From: Neocallimastix sp. 'constans'
Taxonomy: Eukaryota
Assembly (NCBI GenBank): GCA_050613775.1
Contig: JBODTK010000103.1
Coordinates: 124,001 to 188,000, forward strand
DNA length: 64,000 nt
Reading direction: 5' to 3'
The notes under the pieces are model-generated. The model was not told the DNA's origin, did no database searches, and was given only the letters and a program-made list of their open reading frames with translations. This document shows, piece by piece, positions 52,118 to 64,000 of this stretch; position 1 is the stretch's first letter, and each line of letters opens with the position of its first letter. The translations under genes were made by a program, and so were the position numbers.

Positions 52118-53586
52118 TATCTTAACTATATTTATATAATTTTTATAATTATTATACTATTATTTAATATTATTTTTATTATAAAAAATAATTATTTTAT
52201 TCAATAATTCATTGAAAATGTTTTATAAATTTATAATTATAATTATATTAAAATAAGCGATTATATAAAGAAAAAGTAAATATCAAAGTGATTTAAAAAC
52301 TATATATTATTATTATAGTTAATATTAAATAAAATAATATATAAATTTAGTTTATTTTTTTTTTTTTCATTAATTGAAAAAAATAAAATAATAATCATTT
52401 TTAGAATTTAATTTTATTCTAATTCATAATTCATTAAAAATTTATAAATTTAAAAGGTTGTGCATTAATTTTTTTATTACTTAATAAAATATAAATTGTG
52501 TAAATTATCATAAAAAACAAATTTTATGATAAAATGTAAATTGTGTAAATTAATATATAAAAAGAATTTTATGATAAAAATAAAGACTTCTAATAAAATA
52601 TTATCAATGTAAATTGTGTAAATTAACATATAAAAATAAATTTTATTATTAAAATAAAGACTTCTAGTAAAAATAGTATCAGTGTAAACTAATATATAAA
52701 AATAAATTTTATCATAAAAATAAAAACTTTTAATAAAAAGACTTTCAATTTATATTTATTTTTTATTAATAAATAAATAAAATATTTATTATTAGTTTAT
52801 TATATAATTAATAAAATATATATATTTTTTTTTTTTTATTAATTATATATAAAAATATATATATATATATTTTTTTATTAATTATATATAAAAATATATA
52901 TAATTTATTTATTTAGTTCTACTTTTTTTTTATAAAAAAAAGAAAAAAAAGATTAGAATAGAAAAACGATTATACTTTTAATAAATGACAAAAAAAAAAA
53001 AAGTAGACTTTATTTTTTCATTATTATTTTATCATAATTTTTATTTTTAATTATATTAACATTTAATATACAATTAGATTAAAAGTTTTCAACACTAAAT
53101 TATTATAAGAATTTTGGTATTTAGATTTTATATATATATTAATTTCATACATCAGCTTTCCAAATTAATAGTATTCATATTTAGTAATACTAAATTTAAT
53201 CATTTTATTATATAAATAATATATGAAGTTTTATATATCTTTAAAATAAATATATTAATTAAATATTATTTAAAAATAAAATATTTAAAAGATTTTTGGC
53301 CTTCATATCTATTTATTTTATAGTATTCAATTAATAATATAGATATATAAATTTTTAATGATAAATATTATAGCAAAATGTATAAAAAAAATTTTTTTAA
53401 TGTTAAATTTAAAAATTTTTAAATGGATTAATTTATATAATATTAAATATTATATAAGTTTTTTTACAACCATTTTTTAATATATAAAAAAAAATATGCC
53501 AGTATTTATATTTTAACTAAAAATCAGAAATGGTTTATATTTAAATTTATTTTAAATTTGAATTTGATTTGAATGAATTGTACTTC

Positions 53587-54780
53587 GGAAAAGTTATATT
53601 TCAGAAAATGTGGCGTTTCAAATTTTAGTATATCATTTAATAAATAAATAATATATTTTTAAAAAAAAAAAAAAAATTCTTTAAAAATAAAATATTCTAT
53701 AAAAAAGAAAATTTTTTATTTTAATAAAAAATTAAGAAGTTTTATATATATTTAAAATAAATATATTAATAAAATATTATTTAAAAGTAAAATATATAAA
53801 TAAAAAAAAAATTTTTATTAGCCTTCATATTTATTAATTTTATTGTATTCATAAAATTAATGATATATATATATATTTTTAATAAAAATATTTAATATTA
53901 TTTTTATTATACATTTAATAGAAAATCTTTGTTTTATATTATAAAAGTTATTAATAACAATATAAAAATAAAAATATTTAAAATAAAATTTATTTAAAAG
54001 TATTCATATTTCATTAAATATACATTTAGGTTTTATACTCAAAGGAATTGAATTTTTTCTAATTTCATCTTAATTTTATGTTTTACAATTGATATGCATG
54101 CATCATACTTTTTTTCAAGATGATTATATAATCTTTCATATTTTAAAATTTCCTTCATATCGTTTAAAATAATGAAATATTTACACTTTATTTGAAGTTT
54201 TATATTCAATCCATCAATATACTAATTACCTTTTTTTTTTTTTTGATGAAAAATTTATATTTTATAATAGTAATTATTTAAATATTCATATAAAATATAT
54301 ATAATGAGTATTCATCTTTCATTAGTGTCCCCAACAGTTATTACTGTAGGTTTGATGATATATGGCATACCAGTACAATGTCTCCTCTCACATCACGTCG
54401 TTACTCGTTTTACCGGAGCTGAATTCCCAATATACATTCCTATTTATATCCCCAATGACCACAAGTATCTGAACAAGAACCATTTTTTTTAGTTATAAAG
54501 TACTTTTAAGAAAATGTTTTATTTTTTGTATACTAGATAATAAAATATTTATATAATTATTAATTATTTAAATTTAATTATTTATTTTAAATAATTTAAT
54601 ATTAATTATTTAGTCTTTTTTATTATAAAGTAATTGAGAAATTGTTTAAAATATACTATTTTTTAGCAACATATTTATATTTATTTCTAAATCTGATTAT
54701 AATTTATTTAAAATTGTATTAAAAAATATTAGTTAAATTTAACTATATATACGCCACATTTTTCAAAATGCAACATCTCC
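53587..54780. mobile_element. Old TIR-bounded non-autonomous element related to the MITE family
   Basis: ggaaaagttatatttcagaaaatgtggcgt (53587-53616) vs reverse complement of 54751-54780 ggagatgttgcattttgaaaaatgtggcgt; no TSD recognised. Confidence 0.45.
54313..54485. repeat. GC-rich dispersed element, diverged partial copy in inverted orientation
   Basis: Homologous to the reverse complement of 51140-51300. Confidence 0.65.
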
Positions 54781-54903
54781 AATAAAAATAAATAAATAAA
54801 TATAAAACTATATATATATAACTCATATATTTAAAAATAAAAAATAAAATTAACCATTATATTAATAATTCTACTTATTGGATAATCAAATTCATTAGAT
54901 ATG

Positions 54904-54936
<33 letters not shown>

Positions 54937-55180
54937 TGCAAATATTAGATTAATAAATTTAATAAATTATAACACATCACGTGATTAATTATAATTTTAA
55001 TTGTATTTTTTATAGTTTTAATATTTGAGTCTTATTGATTGTAATATATATATATTTTATTTTTTATTTTTAATTTTTTATTTTTTTATTTTTTATTTTT
55101 TTTTTTTTTTTTTTTATTTTTATTTATTATTATTTATTAAATAATAATTATAAAATAAATTATATTTATTCAATTCAAAA

Positions 55181-56054
55181 ATGTCATCATTATATAATTC
55201 TTTAAATGAAATTAATAGTATAAAATCAAAAAGAGTTTTTTTAGAAGAAGATCAAAATGAAGTAAATAATTATGTACATCGAAAAAAGGTAAATATTGAT
55301 ATTATTATCAATTAATTATTTTATTTGTTATAATTAAATATTTTGTAAAGTTTATATTTATAAATTTATTCATAATAATAAAAATTAAAAAATATTGGAT
55401 ATATTTTCTTTTTTTTTTTATATTTATAAATTTATTCATAATAATAAAAATTAAAAAATATTGGATATATTTTCTTTTTCTTTTTTTTTTTTTTTTTTTT
55501 TTCAAAAATTGAAAATTTTAGATAAAGAAAGCAGAAGATGAAAATAAAAATGAATGTAATTCCTTAAATTTTAAACAGGTTTATAAGAAAATTCTTTTTT
55601 ATTAAATATAGAATTCTTTATTATTAATTATAAAATTATTTATATACTTTTAAATTTATGTATTAATATATAAGTTAAATATATTATATATATATTTTTA
55701 TTTTACTCCTAATAAATAATTAAATATAATTATATAAAAATATATATTTATATATAGAATTTATTACCACCCTCACCACCATTAGATTACATGCATTGTC
55801 AATGTCAAACTTACTATGAGGATGAGGAATTTATCAAATTCTCATTAGATCAATATCAAACAGAATCCACTTGGAATATTCAAAAAGAATATAATAATAA
55901 AGATTGCAATATTAAAGAAAATAATAAAATATCTATATATAATACAAATATTCAACGTAGAAAAAAATATACCCCAAAATTTACTATAGGCTATCGAAGT
56001 GATTGTAAGAAGTGCAGAGATGGTGTACCTAATCATTATGGTCATATTAATTAA
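55181..56054 (+). CDS. Small hypothetical protein (153 aa) with C-terminal Cys/His motif; exons 55181-55288, 55522-55578, 55758-56054
   Basis: Phase-0 GT-AG introns join MSSLYNSLNE...HRKK, IKKAEDENKNECNSLNFKQ and NLLPPSPPLDYMHCQCQ...FTIGYRSDCKKCRDGVPNHYGHIN. Confidence 0.75.
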
Positions 56055-56934
56055 TAATAAGAATAATATGTTAAATCACAATAGCGATATTAATTAGTAA
56101 AAAAAACCTTTTTTACTGTTGTATATTAATGTAAAACTTTGTTATATGAAGGTTTTATAAATATCAAAGGAGAGAAAAAAAAAACTTATTGGGTTGTTGT
56201 AATGTTGTAATATATCAGTAAATCTTTAATGCTCTAAATTAAATTTATAACAAAGAAATATATATATATTGTTAAAATTTAATTCAATGAATTTTATAAA
56301 TAAGAACAAGATTTTTATAATGAAATTTGAATTTTTTAAATTTATTAATAAATTTAAAAATTTAATGTAATAATAATAATAGCAATTAATAAATATATAA
56401 TATTCTTCAAAAGATATATTTATATTTAATAACATTACATACAAAATTTAATAATATGTATTTAATATATTTAGCAATTTGGTTGATATTTGAATTTTTT
56501 TCATTAAATATATTCAATATTGATATATTGAATAATAATTTATTTAAAATATATTGAATATTGACATATTGAATAAAAAGTTAAAAAATAAATTCAATAT
56601 TTGATATATTGAATAATAATTTAGCTTTATAAATCAGAAAATAATTCATTTTTTATGAAACAGTATATTATAACATATTATTTTATTATTATTAATTTAT
56701 AATTGAATGTATAAGCCAAGAATCACATGATAAATATTGAAAATCAAGATACTTTTAAAATGGGAATGAATTTAAAAAAAAAAAAAAACTAGGACTGTTT
56801 TAATGATTATCAATCTTTGTAAAATCCTGTTCGTACGGAGATTATTAACAATTGATTTTAATATATATTCCATTTTGAAAGTATCTTTCTTTAAAAATAT
56901 TAATAACTTCAACTATAGATGTTTTTAAAAACTT

Positions 56935-57320
56935 TAACTACAATAAATAATTTTAATTTATAAATAAAAAATTCATAAAAAGGCAACAATAAATAATTTT
57001 AATTTAAAAATAAAAAATTCATAAAAAGGAAGATTGCAATAAATAATTTTATTATATAAGTAAATATACATAAATAAGATATTAAAAAATTTTTCATAAA
57101 ATTTTTCAAAATATAAAAAAGATGCAATAAATAATTTCTATTTATACATAAAAAATTCATAAATGAAATTCACAAATATAAAAAAAAATCCATAAATTAA
57201 ATATAAATTTTTCAAAATATAAAAAAGATGCAATAAATAATTTCTGTTTATAAATAAAAAATTCACAAATATAAATAAAATTTACAAATATAAGAAAATC
57301 CATAAATATAAAAAAATTTT
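56935..57320. repeat. Degenerate AT-rich tandem repeats
   Basis: Recurrent caataaataatttt...ataaaaaattcataaa units, including a ~110-bp duplication. Confidence 0.5.
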
Positions 57321-57349
57321 ACAATTTACTTTTTTTTTTTTTTTTTTTT

Positions 57350-57383
<34 letters not shown>

Positions 57384-57913
57384 CATTCTTATTTTTTCTT
57401 TAAATATGTTCATATAAATATTTTTCCATAATTCACAAATTAAGAAAAAATACAAATTAAGAAAAAATACAAAATAGATACAATAATTAATTTTTATTTA
57501 TACATAAAAAAGTCCTTCATAAATAATTTATAAATAAAATATCCTTAAAAATACAATAAATAGCTTTATTTATAAATAAAAAATATTAATAAAAAACATT
57601 CTTTCAAAAAAAATTTTTTTATATATTCATTTTTTTTAATTATTTATTATTTAAAAAAAAATATATTTATTAATTATTTCAATCTGAATATTAAATTTAT
57701 ACAATAATAATTTTATAAATTTTTATAAATTTTTATAAATATTTGAATGGTTTAATAATTTAAGACTTTTTTTTTTTTTAAAAAAAAACAATTTAAAAAA
57801 AAAAAATAATAATATATACGATTAAAAACATTTTCTAATTTATAATATATGTGAATATAATTTTAATATTTTTATACAAATTCAATCTAATTTGGTTTTA
57901 CATAGCTTTCAAC

Positions 57914-59530
57914 TTAAATACATTGTGAGTACCATTCATTGAATTCATGACATGTTGATCCAGATTGACAACATTTTGGACCGCTGTAGTTGTTACCTCC
58001 ACATTGTCCCCATTTTGCAACACAGTTACTATCATTAGCGTTGGTTTCACTACCATTGACAGTAACAGTAACAGTAACAGTGACTGGTGTACAGTTTCCA
58101 TTATTGTTATTATTATTTGGAAGAGTCTTTGTAGCTGGAAGAGTTTTACTACCGGTTTTTGGAAGAGTCTTACTAGTACCAGCATTTGGAAGAGTTTTAG
58201 TACCGGTTTTTGGAATTGTTTTAGTAGAAACATTTGGAAGAGTCTTACCTGGAAGAGTCTTACTAGTACCAGCATTTGGAAGAGTTTTAGTACCGGTTTT
58301 TGGAATTGTTTTAGTAGAAACATTTGGTAGAGTCTTACCTGGAAGAGTCTTACTAGTACCAGCATTTGGAAGAGTCTTTGTACCGGTTTTTGGAATTGTT
58401 TTAGTAGAAACATTTGGAAGAGTCTTACCTGGAAGAGTTTTACTTGTAATATTTGGAAGAGTTTTACTAGCTGGAAGAGTCTTACTACTAACGTTTGGAA
58501 GAGTCTTACCTGGAAGAGTCTTACTTGTAACATTTGGAAGAGTTTTACTAGCTGGAAGAGTCTTACTACTAACGTTTGGAAGAGTCTTACCTGGAAGAGT
58601 CTTACTAGTACCAGCATTTGGAAGAGTCTTTGTACCGGTTTTTGGAATTGTTTTAGTAGAAACATTTGGAAGAGTCTTACCTGGAAGAGTTTTACTTGTA
58701 ATATTTGGAAGAGTTTTACTAGCTGGAAGAGTCTTACTACTAACGTTTGGAAGAGTCTTACCTGGAAGAGTCTTACTTGTAACATTTGGAAGAGTTTTAC
58801 TAGCTGGAAGAGTCTTACTACTAACGTTTGGAAGAGTCTTACCTGGAAGAGTCTTACTACTAACGTTTGGAAGAGTCTTACCTGGAAGAGTCTTACTACT
58901 AACGTTTGGAAGAGTCTTACTAGCTGGAAGAGTTTTACTTGCTACATTTGGAAGAGTCTTACTAGCTGGAAGAGTTTTACTTGCTACATTTGGAAGAGTC
59001 TTACTAGCTGGAAGAGTTTTACTTGCTACATTTGGAAGAGTCTTACTAGCTGGAAGAGTTTTACTAGCTACATTTGGAAGAGTCTTACTAGCTGGAAGAG
59101 TTTTACTAGCTACATTTGGAAGAGTCTTACTAGCTGGAAGAGTTTTACTAGCTACATTTGGAAGAGTCTTACTAGCTGGAAGAGTTTTACTTGCTACATT
59201 TGGAAGTGTTTTTGTTAAAAGATTAGGTGGAATTGTTTTTGAAGTGGCACTATTCTTTGGAAGCGTCTTTGTTAAAAGATTAGCTGGAATTGTCTTAGAA
59301 GCTGAACCATTATTTGGTATAGTTTTTGTAACTGTTTTTGTAAGAAGAGAAACTGGAATTGTTTTACTTCCTTTCACAGATTTCGAAGATAAAAGATTAG
59401 CTGGAATAGTCTTAACTGCGCCTCCAGTCTTAGCAGTAAGGGATGCTGGTATTGTTTTAGTTGCAGCATCACTACCGTTGACAAGTATAGCTGTAAGAAC
59501 AACTGATAATAAGAACTTATATAATTTCAT
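57914..59530 (-). CDS. Secreted non-catalytic protein with tandem (S/T)KTLP repeats and C-terminal CBM1, 538 aa
   Basis: Signal peptide [22 protein letters not shown]; more than 400 aa of KTLP/KTIP repeats; VTVTVTVTV linker; CBM1 [36 protein letters not shown]. Confidence 0.92.
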   Translation of the reverse strand: MKLYKFLLSVVLTAILVNGSDAATKTIPASLTAKTGGAVKTIPANLLSSKSVKGSKTIPVSLLTKTVTKTIPNNGSASKTIPANLLTKTLPKNSATSKTIPPNLLTKTLPNVASKTLPASKTLPNVASKTLPASKTLPNVASKTLPASKTLPNVASKTLPASKTLPNVASKTLPASKTLPNVASKTLPASKTLPNVASKTLPASKTLPNVSSKTLPGKTLPNVSSKTLPGKTLPNVSSKTLPASKTLPNVTSKTLPGKTLPNVSSKTLPASKTLPNITSKTLPGKTLPNVSTKTIPKTGTKTLPNAGTSKTLPGKTLPNVSSKTLPASKTLPNVTSKTLPGKTLPNVSSKTLPASKTLPNITSKTLPGKTLPNVSTKTIPKTGTKTLPNAGTSKTLPGKTLPNVSTKTIPKTGTKTLPNAGTSKTLPGKTLPNVSTKTIPKTGTKTLPNAGTSKTLPKTGSKTLPATKTLPNNNNNNGNCTPVTVTVTVTVNGSETNANDSNCVAKWGQCGGNNYSGPKCCQSGSTCHEFNEWYSQCI

Positions 59531-59938
59531 CTCTATTATTTTATTCGTGTATATTTTAACTACAATTGTTAAATATTTTATTTATATTATTATTAATATA
59601 TTACTATTAATATAAATAATATTTAATAATATTTTTCAATTTATAAACCTTTATTTTTTTTTATTTTAAAAATTTCTTTTTATTTATTCAATATTACTCT
59701 TTGAAGAATTTATATAAAAAGAACTTAATAAAAAAAAATAAGACGAAGAATAAACTTATTATTGGAATTTTTTTTTCTTTTTATATATAATTTTTTTTTA
59801 TATACTAATTAAAATAAAATAATAATTTACAAATTTAGCGGTTTGTACAACATTATAACATAATATTATAATGTGATACAAACAAATTAATGTTGACTTT
59901 ATAATAAATAAAAAATTATATATATATATTTTTTAATT

Positions 59939-59987
<49 letters not shown>

Positions 59988-62900
59988 ATTTATTTTATTT
60001 TCATATATTATATTATTTTTTAATAGAAATTTTATTGTATAAAATATAAAAATAAAAAAAAAAAAATTTTAATTATCTCATTGTACTATCAAATAAATAT
60101 AAAAAAATATTAATTATTCCACTAATTTACTATATCTAATGATATATTTAATTAATATTTTAATATTTTTATCAATTTAAATTAATTACAATAAAAATTA
60201 ATATATAGATATAGATACAAATAAACATTTTCGGGATAAAAATAGTATATTTATATATTAATTAATTTATTATTAAAAAAATAAATAATAATAATAGTAA
60301 AATTGTTTTGAATTTATTATTTTATTTAATTATTAATATAATTATAAATATTTTTCTTTCATTAATTTGAAAAATAAAAAAAAAATCATAAATTACAGAT
60401 ATAAAAAGAAGAATAACTTTTTTTTAATCCAATATAAAATTAATAATTTTAAATATTAATAAATTATAATATATATTTTTATATAAAAACATGTTTTATT
60501 ATATATTTAATAATAAATACAAAATTTATTTTAATTTGACAATGGATAAAACCTTAATTATATTTTAATAGTATTTTAATAAATTATATTTTTTATTATT
60601 TTAATAAGTATTTTATATTTTTTATTATTTTAATAATATTTTAATATTATCAACAAATAAAAATTATTTAATATACATAATAAAAAATAAAAAAATTGAC
60701 CTTCATTATATAATGTTTCATTTGAATAATTAATGTAGAAACTATATTCATATTTAACTATTGTTTAATATATAAAATTAAATTATATATCAACCATTCT
60801 ATAAATAGATTTTTTTTTTTTAAATTTTCAGTTGTTAACTTTTTCAATCTTAAAAAAAAAAAAAAAGAAAGAAAGAGAGAATTTAATTTATTGTAAAATA
60901 AAATAATAATTAAATTTTAAATTTTAGTGAAAATTTTAATTTTAAGTTAATATTTTTTAAAACATTACTAACAATATCTACTTTTTTTTATATCAAATTT
61001 GAATAATCTTGTATAAAATATTTATATAAAATTCAAATTTTCACAAATTTTTAAATGATAAATTATTTTATTTAAAATTATAGAAATATTTATTCATTTT
61101 AATTAAATTATTGTTCTTTTTTTCTGTTTATTTTATATATTTATATATAAATATATAAAATAATAAAATTTAAACCTTTATAAATAATAGTGTTTATTAT
61201 GAAAAATTAAATAAATTATTTAAATTTTTTTTTTTTTTTACTATTATTATTATAAATATTATAAATCATTAAATATTAATATTATTTATTATTAATTATT
61301 ATTACTTTTTTAAAATTTTATTATTATCTTTAATAATTTGGATAATTTTAAAATAATATTGTTATTTTAAATTGAATTTTATATATTCAAAAACTTTATA
61401 CTAAATAAAATTTTTAATTTTATGAACTACTTAATTATTGGTATTTATAAAAAATTAATTACTACTATTATTATAAAAATTAATATAACAAATTTATTTA
61501 AATAAAAAAAAATTGCACAGGAACTATTTATCCATTAATTCTATTTGAATTTATTTTTATATATAAAAAAAAATAAAAAAAGAAAAATTAAATATACTAA
61601 TAATTTTAATAATATTAAAATTACCAGATATAATCAAAAGTTATTTTTATTGGTTGAATTGAAAAAAAATATAAGCATAAATTTATAAAATTTTACTTTA
61701 ATAACCTTCTATAATTATTATCATTAATTCATCTTAATAGCTTAAATAATAAAAATATAAGATAATCTTTGATAAATAAAAAAAAATTTTTTTAAATATA
61801 TTACTTCTATTTCTATTATTAATCAATTACTTTTTATTCTACAATAAAAATCAAATATACTTATTTAAAAATTTTTTTAAATAAAATACATATGATTTTA
61901 TATTAATAATATATATATTAATAAAAATCTTTTTTTTTTTTTTTTTTATTTTATAGTAGTAGTAATAATAATGATTTTATATAATTATTTTAATAGTTTG
62001 AAAATTTAAAAATTTAAATTAATGAATATAATTAATTTTTTTATTTTTAATTTATTAGTTCATGGATACAAAATTTTATTAATTACATTTAACAGTTAGT
62101 ATTAAAGTTTTAAATGTTTAATTCATACATTATGTCCTAAAGAGGTTTTATCTTTATTTTTTTAATTCAGAAATAATATTAAAAATAAAAAAGTATTAAA
62201 AAAATTAAATACTTAAATGTAATTTATATATAAAAATTGTAGAAATATTAAAGAAAATTAAAAATTATTACAAATGAATTAATTTGTAATAATTTTTTTA
62301 TTTATATAAATACGATATCTTAATGATTTGAAATTGACTTTATATTTAAGAATTTCAAACATATATACCTAATATGAAATTAATATTGTAATTGAAAAAT
62401 ATAAAACTAATGAAATCAATGTTGTAATTAAAAAATACAAAACTATAGTATACAAATTAATTGATAATGGAAGAACTAGAAATAGTATTGTTGAATTATG
62501 ATTTAAATGCTTATTTTAAATAATATAAATATTTATTTGATTTGTAATAAATGACAGAGTAATTATAAAATAAAAAAAGATTATCAGAATTCTTTTGTAA
62601 ATAATTATTAATAGTTAAAAATATTCTTGAAAATCCATAATTGCTTTAAAATTCTAATATTTTTTTTAAAATTTTAATTTAAAATAAAAATTAAAATATA
62701 CTTTTATCATTGAAATATATCTAAATATCTAAATTTTTTTTTATTATTTTTTATTTATATTTTTATCATTAATTTTATGGATATATAAGATTAATAAATA
62801 TATAAGGTTAAATTTTTTTTTTTTCTTAAAACTTTTATTTAAATATTTTATTTTTAAATAATATTTTATTTGTGAAGTATATAAGTTTAAAAAAAATTTC

Positions 62901-63429
62901 AACATATTTATGAACACTTATTATTAAAAAATATGTATAGTAAAAATATTGTTTTATTCGAAATAAATAATTAAATAGTTTAAAATATAAAGATATCTTT
63001 ATAATTGTATATTAATAATTATTTTATTATTATAATTAGTATTACATTTTTTTTATAGCTTAATTATTTTATTATTATTATTAATATTATTTTTTTATTA
63101 ATATTTTATTCTACATCATTACATCATTAAATATTTAAGGTTTAATTTTGTTGAATTATAGTTTTACTATTAAATAAAATAAGTACTAATTTACTGGGAG
63201 AGGTCCAAAACGCCAATTTTTTCACGTGATATATCAAATTTTGAGGCTTTTTAAATTAATAGTTATATGATACTATTTTGTTGTATTATTAATTTGTAAT
63301 TTTTTTCTTAAAATTTATTAAGTAAATGATTAAATAAATTATAATGGTTAGATAAAAATAAATATTTTTTTACAAAAAAAAAAAATAAAATAAAATATTC
63401 AAACAATTAAAAGGTTTATTTTAAAAAAA

Positions 63430-63990
63430 AAAATATTAATAAAATACTTTAACAATTATATAGATTTATTTATTTAAAAAATAATATTAATAAAATACTT
63501 TAACAATTATATAGATTTATTTATTTAAAAAAAAATATTAATAAATAAAATACTTTAACAATTATATAGATTTATTTATTTAAAAAAAAATATTAATAAA
63601 ATACTTTAACAATTATATAGATTTATTTACTTAAAAAATATTAATAAAATATTTAAACAACTATTAATAAAATACTTTAGCAATTATATAGATTTATTTA
63701 TTTAAAAAAAATATTAATAAAATACTTTAACAATTATATAGATTTATTTATTTAAAAAAATATGAATAAAATACTTTAACAATTATATAGATTTATTTAT
63801 TTAAAAAAAAATTAATAAAATATTTAAACAATTATTAATAAAACTAATTATAAACATTAATAATAAAATATAAAAATATAAAAATATATTATTGATATTA
63901 ATAATAAAGTATAAAAATATAGGATTATTTATTTTAAAAAAAATATTAATAAAATATTTAAACAATTATTAATAAAATAAATTATAATAA
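63430..63990. repeat. Tandem ~50-bp AT-rich minisatellite (about 8 copies)
   Basis: aataaaatactttaacaattatatagatttatttatttaaaaaaaatatt repeated to the window end. Confidence 0.8.
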
Positions 63991-64000
63991 TAAAATTATA

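Noticed and set aside
55335..55480. ~65-bp tandem duplication in an intron (similar small duplications at 51555-51650 and 52495-52740)
   Set aside because: Ordinary slippage-type duplications in AT-rich DNA with no sign of function.
58100..59200. CRISPR-like regular repeats
   Set aside because: In-frame coding repeats without unique spacers; eukaryotic context and no cas genes.
57898..59615. Long overlapping ORFs 57990-59615 (+), 57898-58785 (-) and 57965-58330 (+)
   Set aside because: Shadow frames of the stop-poor KTLP repeat; only 57914-59530 has a signal peptide and CBM1.

Overview
Extremely AT-rich, intron-containing eukaryotic genomic DNA. It is most likely an anaerobic gut fungus (Neocallimastigomycota), inferred from base composition, GT-AG introns with long poly-A/T runs, a CBM1 protein with SKTLP repeats and the LINE/MULE relics. 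Host genes, nearly all on the minus strand: CAP-Gly coiled-coil protein, Crz1-like C2H2 zinc-finger factor, single-pass SH3 membrane protein, LRR protein, syntaxin-5/Sed5, MT-A70 DNA-6mA methyltransferase of the MTA1/AMT1 type, Ugo1-like carrier-fold protein, RNA polymerase I/III subunit AC19, a small spliced plus-strand gene and a secreted KTLP-repeat CBM1 protein. Intergenic DNA holds a decayed LINE, a decayed MULE transposase, a MULE-type MITE with a 9-bp TSD, SINE-like or GC-rich dispersed elements and a tRNA 3'-end fragment carrying CCA. The standout is a ~4.6-kb block (43690-48352) bounded by a perfect 49-bp direct repeat. It carries three tightly packed, intronless genes I cannot assign: two with signal peptides, flanking one without. 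Both outer genes end inside the repeats. It looks like a captured piece of a foreign replicon, possibly a toxin/immunity-type cassette from a plasmid or virus (inference).
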